A stretch of 64,000 nucleotides of DNA from an uncultured bacterium (GTDB lineage: Bacteria > Chlamydiota > Chlamydiia > Chlamydiales > FEN-1388). Of this stretch, positions 9,008 to 17,808 are shown piece by piece. The first letter of the stretch is position 1, and each line of letters starts with the position of its first letter. The notes under the pieces are model-generated. The model was given only the letters and a program-made list of their open reading frames with translations. It had not been told where the DNA came from and made no database searches. The position numbers and the translations under genes were made by a program. Location of the stretch: NCBI GenBank assembly GCA_964577935.1, contig CAZOAJ010000004.1, forward strand, positions 34,572 through 98,571, read 5' to 3'.

Positions 9008-9922
9008 TCATATTTGCCTTAAAAGATTTGTCAATGGCATCTGAAATATCTCCTGATACATATCAGTAAAATCTTCAGGAGGCTCCACCTTGATGGTAAT
9101 AAGCTCTTTTGTCTCAGGATGGATAAAGCTGAGCCTAAATGCATGCAAAAGTGGACGAGGAGCTAAAAATGAGCACTGAAAAGTGGTTTCGTATCGGATA
9201 TCCCCAATAATTGGATGTCGGATAGACTTTAGATGGACCCGAATTTGGTGAGTTCGTCCTGTAATTGGCCGAACGAGTAAAAGTGATGCTTTCTTTTCAG
9301 ATGCGGTGATTTTTTTCCAATACGTCTCTGCCTTCTCGGAAGATTTGTCATCTTGAGATGTAACCTTCATTTTGATCTGGGAGCCGTGCTTAGACTCTAT
9401 TGCAATCGGAGCCGTGATTTTTCCACTCGCATGCGAAACTATTCCATCGACTAAAGCAAGATATTCTTTAGATATTTTTCTTTCTCTAAAAAGGGCGACT
9501 AATTTTTTTTCAATAGAGGTGTTTTTAGCTAGAAGGAGAAGGCCTGATGTTGTTTTATCCAGCCTATGAACTAGATATATCTGATTAGTGATTCCCAAGC
9601 TTTTAAGGAGCTGATATATCTCGTCTGGAGCTGTAGAAACACCAACGGGCTTGTTAATGATGAGAAGATCGCTATCTTCAAAAACAACTTGAGATATGAA
9701 TTGCTCCTGTTTTTGCACCCGTACTTGTTCAACAATTTCTATTGTATCGCGTGGGTGAACAATCTGGGACGCCTTTCGAGCAATGGTTCCATTAATTCGG
9801 CAAAGACCTTTATCAATAAAATCTCTTGCCTGTTTATTTGAAGTAATCCCTGCGATCTTATTGAATGAAAGAAAATTAGCGAGTGAAGATGATTGCCATT
9901 CGGTCGGGATTACAACAATCAT
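9008..9922 (-). CDS. RluA/RluD-family pseudouridine synthase with N-terminal S4 domain
   Basis: Catalytic motif HRLDKTTSGLLLLAK plus GRTHQIRVHL. Confidence 0.85.
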   Translation of the reverse strand: MIVVIPTEWQSSSLANFLSFNKIAGITSNKQARDFIDKGLCRINGTIARKASQIVHPRDTIEIVEQVRVQKQEQFISQVVFEDSDLLIINKPVGVSTAPDEIYQLLKSLGITNQIYLVHRLDKTTSGLLLLAKNTSIEKKLVALFRERKISKEYLALVDGIVSHASGKITAPIAIESKHGSQIKMKVTSQDDKSSEKAETYWKKITASEKKASLLLVRPITGRTHQIRVHLKSIRHPIIGDIRYETTFQCSFLAPRPLLHAFRLSFIHPETKELITIKVEPPEDFTDMYQEIFQMPLTNLLRQI

Positions 9923-9931
9923 CTATACCTC

Positions 9932-10966
9932 TTATCCAGATACAGCTCGAAATTGCCTCAAAAACCTCGAGTCATTTTCAGAAAGCTGTCTGATATCATG
10001 AAGGCCTGACCTGAGCATAACTGTCCGCTCAATCCCCATACCCCAAGCAAAACCTGTATACTTTTCAGGATCGATCCCAACATTCTTAAGAACTTGTGGA
10101 TGGATCATTCCAGCACCTAGAATCTCAAGCCAACCTGTCTTCTTACATAATCTACACCCCTTCCCAGAGCATAAATAACAGCTTACATCGAGCTCGAGTC
10201 CTGGTTCAACGAATGGGAAATAGCTAGGACGAAAACGAACTGAAACATCTCGGCCAAAAAGACGTTTGACAAACTCAGACAGGGTCCACATAAGATCTTG
10301 CATATTTATTCCTTCATCGACGCAAATTCCGTCAATTTGATGAAAGAAAACATGCGAACGAGTACTGATAGTCTCATTTCTAAAACAGCGTCCAGGCCCT
10401 ACGATTCTAACAGGTGGATTGTTTTTCTCTAGAAATCTTCCTTGAACCGTTGTCGCGTGTGTTCTCAATAAGACACCAGGTTCAATATAGAAGGTATCCT
10501 GCATATCTTTTGCAGGATGATCATCTGGAAAATTCAAGACCTCAAAATTGTAATAGTCTGTATCGACCTCTGGGCCTACCTGTATGGAAAAACCTAAATC
10601 CTTAAAGATGTTGAGCATCTCTTCCATCCCTTGAGATAAGGGATGAGCTGAGCCTACATTTCTATGACGACCGGGAAGAGTAATATCTATTTTTTCAGCT
10701 TCAAGTTGTCTTTTAAGATCTTGAGCATCAAGCTTTTCTTCTTCGTGTTCAATCGCCTGTTCAATTCTTACTCTGAGATCATTAATAGACTTACCAAAGA
10801 GAGGTCGCTCTTCATTGGTCAAATCTTTAAGCCGCTTCATCTGGTCAACGACGATCCCCTTTTTTCCTAAGAATCGAATTTTGACATTCTCGAGGTCTTT
10901 TGAGGATTGAACTGATCGAAGTTCTTCTTCAAACTGCTGCCAGATAGTTTCCATTGCTTCTCTCAC
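9932..10966 (-). CDS. pheS: Phenylalanine--tRNA ligase alpha subunit
   Basis: 344 aa with class II motifs (FRNE...SHVFHQIDG, GWLEILGAGMIHP, GFAWGMGIERTVML). The tracked start is GTG; an ATG (METIWQQ) lies 4 codons downstream. No pheT follows. Confidence 0.95.
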   Translation of the reverse strand: MREAMETIWQQFEEELRSVQSSKDLENVKIRFLGKKGIVVDQMKRLKDLTNEERPLFGKSINDLRVRIEQAIEHEEEKLDAQDLKRQLEAEKIDITLPGRHRNVGSAHPLSQGMEEMLNIFKDLGFSIQVGPEVDTDYYNFEVLNFPDDHPAKDMQDTFYIEPGVLLRTHATTVQGRFLEKNNPPVRIVGPGRCFRNETISTRSHVFFHQIDGICVDEGINMQDLMWTLSEFVKRLFGRDVSVRFRPSYFPFVEPGLELDVSCYLCSGKGCRLCKKTGWLEILGAGMIHPQVLKNVGIDPEKYTGFAWGMGIERTVMLRSGLHDIRQLSENDSRFLRQFRAVSG

Positions 10967-11024
10967 AGATCAGATTAGGTCTTACAGTAGGTAGTATAGA
11001 CATATGATATTGGACATATGCGCA

Positions 11025-11078
11025 TCAGCACATGAACAAAAAAAAACCCGAAAGCAACTTGCTCTCGGGTTTTGGCAT
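11025..11078 (-). promoter_or_regulatory. Candidate 17-codon leader mini-ORF (MPKPESKLLSGFFLFMC) spanning the rplT-pheS terminator
   Basis: My translation. ATG at 11078-11076 is preceded by AAGGTGA. The ORF reads through the hairpin and U-tract and ends at TGA 11027-11025. Speculative. Confidence 0.25.
11038..11069 (-). terminator. Rho-independent terminator between rplT and pheS
   Basis: Minus strand reads CCCGAGAGCAAGTTGCTTTCGGG (about a 9-11 bp stem) followed by nine T. Confidence 0.7.
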
Positions 11079-11097
11079 AATCACCTTTTTGCTGTTT

Positions 11098-11460
11098 TTA
11101 AGCAATTGATAGAGCTTTTTTCGCTTCACCAACTATAGCTTTAAAACAAACAGGATCATGGATTGCAAGCTCAGAGAGCATTTTTCTGTTCAGCACACAG
11201 CCAGACTTTTTCAAACCGAAGATCAGTTTGCTATAAGATAGGCCATGAATTTTTGCCGCAACAGACAATCGCGTAATCCAAAGGCTTCGAAAGTCACGTT
11301 TTTTCAACTTTCGATGCCGATAGCTTTCAGACATCGCTCGGATAACAGCATCACCAGTAAGGCGGAGGTGATTTTTTCGATCACCCCAGAAGCCCTTAGC
11401 TAATTTCATTAGCCGCTTCCGACGACGATGGGAAGCAACAGCGTTAGTCGCTCGAACCAT
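11098..11460 (-). CDS. rplT: 50S ribosomal protein L20
   Basis: 120 aa, MVRATNAVASHRRRKRLMKLAKGFWG..., typical L20. Confidence 0.95.
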   Translation of the reverse strand: MVRATNAVASHRRRKRLMKLAKGFWGDRKNHLRLTGDAVIRAMSESYRHRKLKKRDFRSLWITRLSVAAKIHGLSYSKLIFGLKKSGCVLNRKMLSELAIHDPVCFKAIVGEAKKALSIA

Positions 11461-11513
11461 CGGTAAATCTCCAGAAATTGTTTTCTATTTTATAAGCTTT
11501 CACACAACTACGA

Positions 11514-11708
11514 CTAAACACACATCAACGTGGTATAGCGATCACAATGGCTATCGCTGACATATGCTACCGAAGAAAGATATCGTTTTTTCTTCGAAGA
11601 TTTTTTAGTCAAGATGTGGCGCTTTCCAGGTCGACTTCGCTTCAGCTTACCTGAAGCAGTCACTCTGAAACGAGCCTTAATGGCCTTTACAGTTTTCATC
11701 TTAGACAC
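11514..11708 (-). CDS. rpmI: 50S ribosomal protein L35
   Basis: 64 aa, MSKMKTVKAIKARFRVTASGKLKR...HILTKKSSKKKR, typical L35. Confidence 0.9.
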   Translation of the reverse strand: MSKMKTVKAIKARFRVTASGKLKRSRPGKRHILTKKSSKKKRYLSSVAYVSDSHCDRYTTLMCV

Positions 11709-12140
11709 TGTTGAAAACTCCTACACATTCACTCATGCTAATTATTTCAGCTCATCAGAGCATCATTAGCATTAACGTGGCAAAACTGAGAAACTCCCAG
11801 GGTTCTTTCCTCTGATCAATTCACACATCTGAACACAATTAACGTCCAAGCGCTTAGCTTTTAAGTAAAGCGCGGATTATGCATTCAGAAGCTGTATATA
11901 TCGCTCATCATTAGGACATGCACCACAAATTTACCTCTTGCACGATGTTGTATACGCATATCTGCGATCGTTCAAGCAAGAAGATATATGGCACATGATC
12001 CATATAACTAGACCCTGGCACAAATGATATTACCAACATTAGCTCTTGTCAGCAAGGTATTTGCTACAAAAGTTACTATCTATCAAACACCCTCGCACAA
12101 CTCAATGTTCTCACCTCATCGAGGACAAGAAAATCGGAAA

Positions 12141-12674
12141 TTATGCTGTTGGAGTAGAGCTCGTTGGCTTCTTTTTCTTCGCTGCAGGAGCTAAGACCAA
12201 ACTCATCATTCTTCCCATGAGCTTAGGTGATGCCTCAACCATCGAAATTTCATCCATTTCAGTTACAATTTCCTGCATAAGCTTTGCACCATTTTCAGGG
12301 TGCATCACTTCACGACCTCGAAAAACACAGGTAAATTTCACCTTATTTCCTTTTTCAAGGAAATCATGCGCTTGACGCTTCTTCACTTCCAAGTCGTGGA
12401 CTGAAATATTTGGACTGATCTTAACTTCCTTGACCTTCACCTGGTGCTGGGATTTACGACTTTCTTTTTCTCGTTTTGTTTGATCATAACGAAATTTACC
12501 ATAGTCGATAACCTTGCACACAGGGGGAGTCGACGTAGCAACCACCTCCACAAGATCTAGACCAGCTTCTTGAGCCATGGCCATAGCTTCCTGGATAGTT
12601 ATAACGCCTACCTGCTCACCATCTTGATTGATAACTCGAACGCGCGGTGCGCGAATTTCATGATTGACTCTCAA
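12141..12674 (-). CDS. infC: Translation initiation factor IF-3 (non-AUG start)
   Basis: INHEIRAPRVRVI...GLDLVEV...PPVCKVIDYGKFRY is classic IF-3. There is no in-frame ATG near the N-terminus. TTG at 12674-12672 has AGGAG about 11 nt upstream; ATT lies at 12695-12693. Confidence 0.9.
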   Translation of the reverse strand: MRVNHEIRAPRVRVINQDGEQVGVITIQEAMAMAQEAGLDLVEVVATSTPPVCKVIDYGKFRYDQTKREKESRKSQHQVKVKEVKISPNISVHDLEVKKRQAHDFLEKGNKVKFTCVFRGREVMHPENGAKLMQEIVTEMDEISMVEASPKLMGRMMSLVLAPAAKKKKPTSSTPTA

Positions 12675-12688
12675 GGGTGCTATTGCTC

Positions 12689-14461
12689 CTACAATGCCCT
12701 GTTTCCCGTATCTGCAGACATCCCTGCAGGCACACTTGCCATGATGAGACGGACAAGCTCATCAGGGGTATGGACTAAATTTCGTTGTCCATTTGAAATA
12801 TCATACACATAAAATGTTGAGGACTCAACCTCAGAATGATCAACATTAAGGATATCATTTCTGTTATGGTCAGCCGCACTCACAAATCGGATGCCATTTT
12901 GTGCTGCGTACTCCTTAACTCGATCAAATTTTCCATGCATAACCTCTGATCTTAATCCAGATCGAAGGCAAATTTTTGCAATTTCATCTGCATTCTTACC
13001 GGTGACCACAAGATTTTTGAAGGCCAATTCCTGAGGCAAATAACCTCTTGAATGGTCAAGCAGAAGTGCAATAATACGCTCAAGCCCATAAAAGGGAACA
13101 AAAGCTACGTAAAGAGTGTCACTTCCTCTAGAATCCTCTCGACCCTCAGCCCCCTGCTCGCGCTTGGCACCTCGCCGTCCTTTTTGCTCTTGAAATAGAG
13201 GAACACGACCAACTCGTAAATAACCTAAAGGAGCAGTACGCAATCGATAATCTTCAAGAGAAAATTCAAGACATAATTCTCCTGGGAAGAAAAGCGCCTC
13301 ACTTAATGGCGCAGAAGAATCATCAAGCTCGGGTACTTCACAAATACTTCCGGCTTTAAGATATGTAACAAGTTGAGATCTCAATCTATGGAGCGACTTT
13401 CCCCCACGCGACAAAGAAGCTGATATCTTCATTCCCGAAAGATTTTTGAAGAGCGCAAGCAAGTTTGAAACTTCATTTTTAAGCAGTTTTTGCACAGAAA
13501 ATTCAAAGTGACTCTCATCAAGAAATGTGAGAAAAAGAGCTGCTTTTGAAACAGGCAGATCCCATAGCAAAGGATCTTGAGAAACGCTGAGATCCGTTGT
13601 TATAAAAAGCGATTTCTTCTCTTTTGACGCTTCTTGAAAATTCAACTGATCTAGAGCTATATCAAATAGAGCTGAATACCCCCTCTTCTCTGCTTCTAAT
13701 GAACACATGGTCTCAAGGCGCATTTTTGCAAACTGAAGTTTAAATGTTGGCGCTGGAATTCCTTGAGTTAATCCTGGGTCTGAGACCCAAGAAGAAAGAA
13801 GCCCCGATCCATTCTTGCTATATTCTTCCTTCCACTTCTGCCTTAGAACTTTAAAAGACGTTTTATCTAACGCAACAAAACCTTCAATATAGTTGTGACT
13901 TGCAAAAAGCAAAAAATGCTGCACTGCAGAGGTATCTAAAATCTCTTTGCCATCTACATCTTGATGACAAATCTCAACCGCTATTGAATCAATTAATGCA
14001 AAGTCAATTACCCCTTCTGCTTGCAAATCACCTAGAAAAGTGACTTTTCTACTTTTAAGAAATGCAGGAACCAATGATGCAAGCATAGCATGGGATTCAA
14101 TTGACAAGCGCTTGAGCTTTCTTCTCATTTCCTCTTCAAGAACCGTTAGAAGCCTATCGCCTCCAACAATATCCTGCAAAAATGAGATTCGAAAACCCCA
14201 AGAAAAGACCTCTATAGAATCTACTTCATACTGAGGCATAAACTCTGCAGCAGTAGATACAAACACTACCGCAGCAGTCTCCTGAATCGATTGTTCAGCA
14301 TACAGGGTTTTAGATGAGAATATATCGCGCTCTTGGCTTTGATCGTCCTGCACAGAATCCTTACAAAAGAGTTGTTGAGAGAGCTCTTGAGAGGGTGATG
14401 TCTTATTGTTTTTTCGTGTATTCATGAACCTTTCGAATAAATGTGTAGGATATATCTGCAA
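12689..14461 (-). CDS. ThrRS-like protein in the thrS position; catalytic motifs appear degenerate
   Basis: 590 aa. The C-terminal FYGLERIIALLLDHSRGYLPQELAFKNLVV...GLRSEV...IRFVSAADH resembles ThrRS motif 3 plus the anticodon-binding domain. TFLDESHFEF resembles the end of motif 2 (TFxQDDAHxF), but the motif-2 arginines are not evident. The position upstream of infC matches the conserved thrS-infC-rpmI-rplT-pheS order. Confidence 0.45.
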   Translation of the reverse strand: MQIYPTHLFERFMNTRKNNKTSPSQELSQQLFCKDSVQDDQSQERDIFSSKTLYAEQSIQETAAVVFVSTAAEFMPQYEVDSIEVFSWGFRISFLQDIVGGDRLLTVLEEEMRRKLKRLSIESHAMLASLVPAFLKSRKVTFLGDLQAEGVIDFALIDSIAVEICHQDVDGKEILDTSAVQHFLLFASHNYIEGFVALDKTSFKVLRQKWKEEYSKNGSGLLSSWVSDPGLTQGIPAPTFKLQFAKMRLETMCSLEAEKRGYSALFDIALDQLNFQEASKEKKSLFITTDLSVSQDPLLWDLPVSKAALFLTFLDESHFEFSVQKLLKNEVSNLLALFKNLSGMKISASLSRGGKSLHRLRSQLVTYLKAGSICEVPELDDSSAPLSEALFFPGELCLEFSLEDYRLRTAPLGYLRVGRVPLFQEQKGRRGAKREQGAEGREDSRGSDTLYVAFVPFYGLERIIALLLDHSRGYLPQELAFKNLVVTGKNADEIAKICLRSGLRSEVMHGKFDRVKEYAAQNGIRFVSAADHNRNDILNVDHSEVESSTFYVYDISNGQRNLVHTPDELVRLIMASVPAGMSADTGNRAL

Positions 14462-14558
14462 TTACATGTGTAGTTCATGTGTAGTTATAGTTCAGACTTG
14501 TAGTTTGGAACAATCTTGTAATTTGGAACAATAAGCTGGACGTTTACTCGAGAAAATG

Positions 14559-14632
14559 TGGGATATAGCTGACTCGAACAGCTGACCTCCACGATGTCAA
14601 CGTGGCGCTCTAACCAACTGAGCTAATATCCC
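14559..14632 (-). tRNA. tRNA-Val (anticodon GAC)
   Basis: Hand-folded cloverleaf on the minus strand. Acceptor GGGATAT/ATATCCC, D arm GCTC-AGTTGGTTA-GAGC, anticodon arm CCACG-TTGACAT-CGTGG, variable loop AGGTC, T arm AGCTG-TTCGAGT-CAGCT, discriminator A. CCA is not encoded. Confidence 0.9.
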
Positions 14633-14747
14633 CCATAGAATATGCAATCTACAACTTTCAACTTCAATCTGAAGGCTGCAATCGATTGCATTATAAAGAA
14701 CGAAAGAGACTATACTGTTTTTCTATTGAAAATGTCTAGAGGGACTT

Positions 14748-15389
14748 TTGCTCTTTTATACACATATTGATTTTTGTCACTTCTTATGGAAAGAACATAT
14801 TACGACGAATACATCCTCAAATACCGTTGTACTTGATGCTACAGCCGGCCGAGGATTAGATACGCTCTTTTTAGCAAACGTTCTTACTCATCGTAAAAAT
14901 TCCAAACTGATATCGCTCGATATTCAAGAAACAGCTCTTTGCGCAACCCGGAAACGACTGAACGCAAATGGAATAAAGCCAAACTCCGAATCAAACACTC
15001 TCCAAATTGATCTCATACATAAAAGCCACGAAGATCTATCTGAATTTCTCTCTCCCGAGGAAGCTGATTTAATTATATATAATTTGGGCTATCTTCCAGG
15101 AGGCAACAAAAGCATCACAACCCTTGTCGATACGACACAAAAGAGCTTAAAAACAGCTCTTCACTGCTTGAGACCCAGTGGGCTAATTACTGTAACCTTC
15201 TACCCAGGTCATGAAGCAGGATCAATCGAAAAAGACGAGATAGTTCCAAAACTCTTTGAAGAAATTGACTCGATCAACGCGGCAAATAGCGATGTGAAAT
15301 GGAGCATCTCTTTTCATACATTCTCTATGAAAAAACGTTCTCCATGCGTTCTAGTTCTTCAAAAACATCCAAAAACAATTGAAAGCTAA
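14748..15389 (+). CDS. Class I SAM-dependent methyltransferase (putative rRNA/tRNA methylase, YtqB-like)
   Basis: SAM motif VLDATAGRGLDTLFLA, then NLGYLPGG. TTG start in the track. Confidence 0.65.
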   Translation: MLFYTHIDFCHFLWKEHITTNTSSNTVVLDATAGRGLDTLFLANVLTHRKNSKLISLDIQETALCATRKRLNANGIKPNSESNTLQIDLIHKSHEDLSEFLSPEEADLIIYNLGYLPGGNKSITTLVDTTQKSLKTALHCLRPSGLITVTFYPGHEAGSIEKDEIVPKLFEEIDSINAANSDVKWSISFHTFSMKKRSPCVLVLQKHPKTIES

Positions 15390-15441
15390 ATACGTAAGAC
15401 ACCTCAATCTTTTTCAAATGATTGAGGTCATTGAAGCGAGC

Positions 15442-15672
15442 TCAAGGAATTTTTGGAGCCACAGGATACACCTCTATCTGAAACGTATCTGCAACTTTTT
15501 TCTTAACCTCAACTTCATCGATGAGGCCTAAATTAGTCGCCGCCCACCACATTGCCCAAAGACAAGCCATAAAAATAACAAGCCTGAACAGCATTTTAAA
15601 CCCAAAAAAAACTGCCCCGATAGACGAAAGAACTAAAACAGCTATGAACAACCAATCTTTGTACAGATCCAC
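15442..15672 (-). CDS. Small 2-TM membrane protein
   Basis: 76 aa with two hydrophobic helices. Lies immediately downstream of folC on the same strand. Confidence 0.5.
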   Translation of the reverse strand: MDLYKDWLFIAVLVLSSIGAVFFGFKMLFRLVIFMACLWAMWWAATNLGLIDEVEVKKKVADTFQIEVYPVAPKIP

Positions 15673-15675
15673 ACC

Positions 15676-16902
15676 TCACCTCCATACTTCGCCTACTGTG
15701 ATATCATCACACTCAAACGCAAGACCAAGCGCTTGCCGAACTTCCGTCATAATATAGAACGATCCAAAAATAACGAGGGGAATTTTCAACATCTTCGCAA
15801 AACTGAGCGCCGTCTTAACTCCATAAGTAACCTGCGGTTCGACAGTTATATCCATACCAGAAAAATGCTCGGCCAGAGCTGCAACAGGCATCGCTCTATA
15901 GGACTTCGCTTGGGTCAGAATAACATGGCTGCCATACTCATTAATAAAGGGAACCATCGAGGCTACATCTTTTTCCTTCGAACATCCGATGAGAAGCACA
16001 GGCTTTACCTGAGATTCTTCATACACTTGCTTTAAAAGCGCCGAAACACCGTGACTGTTATGCGCCACATCCAAGATGACTGGCACACCAAATCCTTCCA
16101 GCTTTTGATATCTACAGGGAGGCTTCTGCTCGATACCGAAGGCAATCGAACTCTCATGAATCGCTATTTTTTCTTTTAAAACCTCTAAAGCACATCGAGC
16201 AAGACTTGAATTCTCACGATCAAAATCAATAACACCGTGGGCATTAACACGAATAACCGGAGCGTTAAGATGGGCGGCAACAGTCTGAATTTGCTCAAGC
16301 GGAACACTTTGACCAATGACAACTGGACAACTTGGTTTAATTATTCCTGCTTTTTCCAACGCAATCTGAGGAATCGTACGTCCCAATATTTCAACATGAT
16401 CGAGGTCGATTGATGTTATGACGGTTAAAATCGGACGACAGATGTTTGTTGCATCTAGCCTTCCCCCAAGACCTGTTTCCAGAACAAGAAGATCACATTG
16501 CTCATCTTGACTCCACAAAAACATGAGCAATGTTGCAATTTCAAAAAATGTAGGCTCAACTCGAAGATGAACAGCTACCTGTAGAATACGATCCACGTAC
16601 TCACAAAGAGCGTCTTTGCTGATGCACTCACCGTTTATCTGAAACCGCTCTCTAAAGGATGAAATATGTGGCGATGTATAAAGACCTACTTTTTTACCGC
16701 TATGCTCTAAGGCTCTTGCAATTTTTGTAACGACACTCCCCTTTCCATTGGTCCCGGCGACATGGATAGATGAAAGATTATTTAAATCAATTCCAAGAGC
16801 TCGACTCATGGCCCGCATTCGCTTAAGCCCCATATCAACACCAGTGCTTTTAGCACGCGAAAAAAGAGTATGCAAAGTGGATATATATCGATCAGAAGTC
16901 AT
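15676..16902 (-). CDS. folC: Folylpolyglutamate synthase / dihydrofolate synthase
   Basis: P-loop HVAGTNGKGSV and Mur-ligase-like layout (ETGLGGRLDATN). Confidence 0.85.
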   Translation of the reverse strand: MTSDRYISTLHTLFSRAKSTGVDMGLKRMRAMSRALGIDLNNLSSIHVAGTNGKGSVVTKIARALEHSGKKVGLYTSPHISSFRERFQINGECISKDALCEYVDRILQVAVHLRVEPTFFEIATLLMFLWSQDEQCDLLVLETGLGGRLDATNICRPILTVITSIDLDHVEILGRTIPQIALEKAGIIKPSCPVVIGQSVPLEQIQTVAAHLNAPVIRVNAHGVIDFDRENSSLARCALEVLKEKIAIHESSIAFGIEQKPPCRYQKLEGFGVPVILDVAHNSHGVSALLKQVYEESQVKPVLLIGCSKEKDVASMVPFINEYGSHVILTQAKSYRAMPVAALAEHFSGMDITVEPQVTYGVKTALSFAKMLKIPLVIFGSFYIMTEVRQALGLAFECDDITVGEVWR

Positions 16903-16920
16903 CAGCGTAGTGTAAACCTT

Positions 16921-17808
16921 TTAGGTATTTTGAGATTCGATGCAGGTGTTTTGGGATTGAACATTTACCCAGTGGCTCCAAATAGGATCGAAATCTTCTT
17001 CACAAACGAAAGAAGCTCCAAAAGGAACATCCGGCTTATTTATTCCGTGAAAGTCCGAGCCCCCCGTAACAAGCCATCGATGCGTCGAGGCGACTTTCAG
17101 CCAACGGGCACATTCATTTTTTTTAAACTTACAGTAGTAGCCTTCAATTCCATCAAAATTTTTCTTGAGAAGCGCCTCCACGATTTTATCATTTCTTATG
17201 ATATGCGGATGAGCAATCACTGCCAATCCTCCTGCATCGTGAATCAAAGAAATCGCTTCATCAATAGTCCAGTTCTCTCCTGGCGAATAACAAGATTTAC
17301 CCGATCCAAGATACATTCTAAAAGCCTCTTGAACATCTTGAACGTACCCTCTTTTGACCATTGCAAGAGCTATATGTGGACGCCCATAAGTAATTGTATT
17401 TGAGTTTTGATTGATGATTTCCAGCTCATCAAGAGGCATTCCATGATCGTGCAGTTTCTCTAGAATACTCAGATTACGCGTACGTCTTCGTTCTCTATGA
17501 AATATACAACCATCTTGGAGAATTGAAGACTCTGGATTGTATCCATACCCTAGAATATGAACACTGACTCCATCATGGCTTGCTGAAATCTCAACACCTG
17601 GAATTAGATAAACCCCTTTGTCTTGAGCTATTTTAAAAGCAACAGAGTACGCATCAATTGCATCATGATCACAGATTGATAGACCTTGATATCCTTGCCG
17701 AAAAGCCAGTTCAACAAGCTCTTGGGGAGTGAACGTCCCATCAGAAAAAGAACTATGTGTATGCAAATCCGCTTTAAAGTCGCCCTTGAAATTCGATAGA
17801 TGCCTCAT
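16921..17808 (-). CDS. PHP-domain phosphoesterase (TrpH/YciV-like)
   Basis: DLHTHSSFSDG, SICDHD, AHPH and GGSDFHG metal-binding motifs. Confidence 0.8.
   Translation of the reverse strand: MRHLSNFKGDFKADLHTHSSFSDGTFTPQELVELAFRQGYQGLSICDHDAIDAYSVAFKIAQDKGVYLIPGVEISASHDGVSVHILGYGYNPESSILQDGCIFHRERRRTRNLSILEKLHDHGMPLDELEIINQNSNTITYGRPHIALAMVKRGYVQDVQEAFRMYLGSGKSCYSPGENWTIDEAISLIHDAGGLAVIAHPHIIRNDKIVEALLKKNFDGIEGYYCKFKKNECARWLKVASTHRWLVTGGSDFHGINKPDVPFGASFVCEEDFDPIWSHWVNVQSQNTCIESQNT

Noticed and set aside
12046-12375. 109-aa plus-strand ORF spanning the infC 3' end
   Set aside because: It is antisense to infC over most of its length and has no motifs. The non-overlapping part falls in the infC-rpmI spacer, which is discussed separately.
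15070-15085. 14-bp perfect AT palindrome AATTATATATAATT, considered as a possible dif or operator site
   Set aside because: It lies inside the methyltransferase CDS (encoding LIIYNL) and does not resemble the XerCD dif consensus.
16870-17403. 177-aa plus-strand ORF
   Set aside because: It is antisense to the PHP phosphoesterase gene, which has clear metal-binding motifs.
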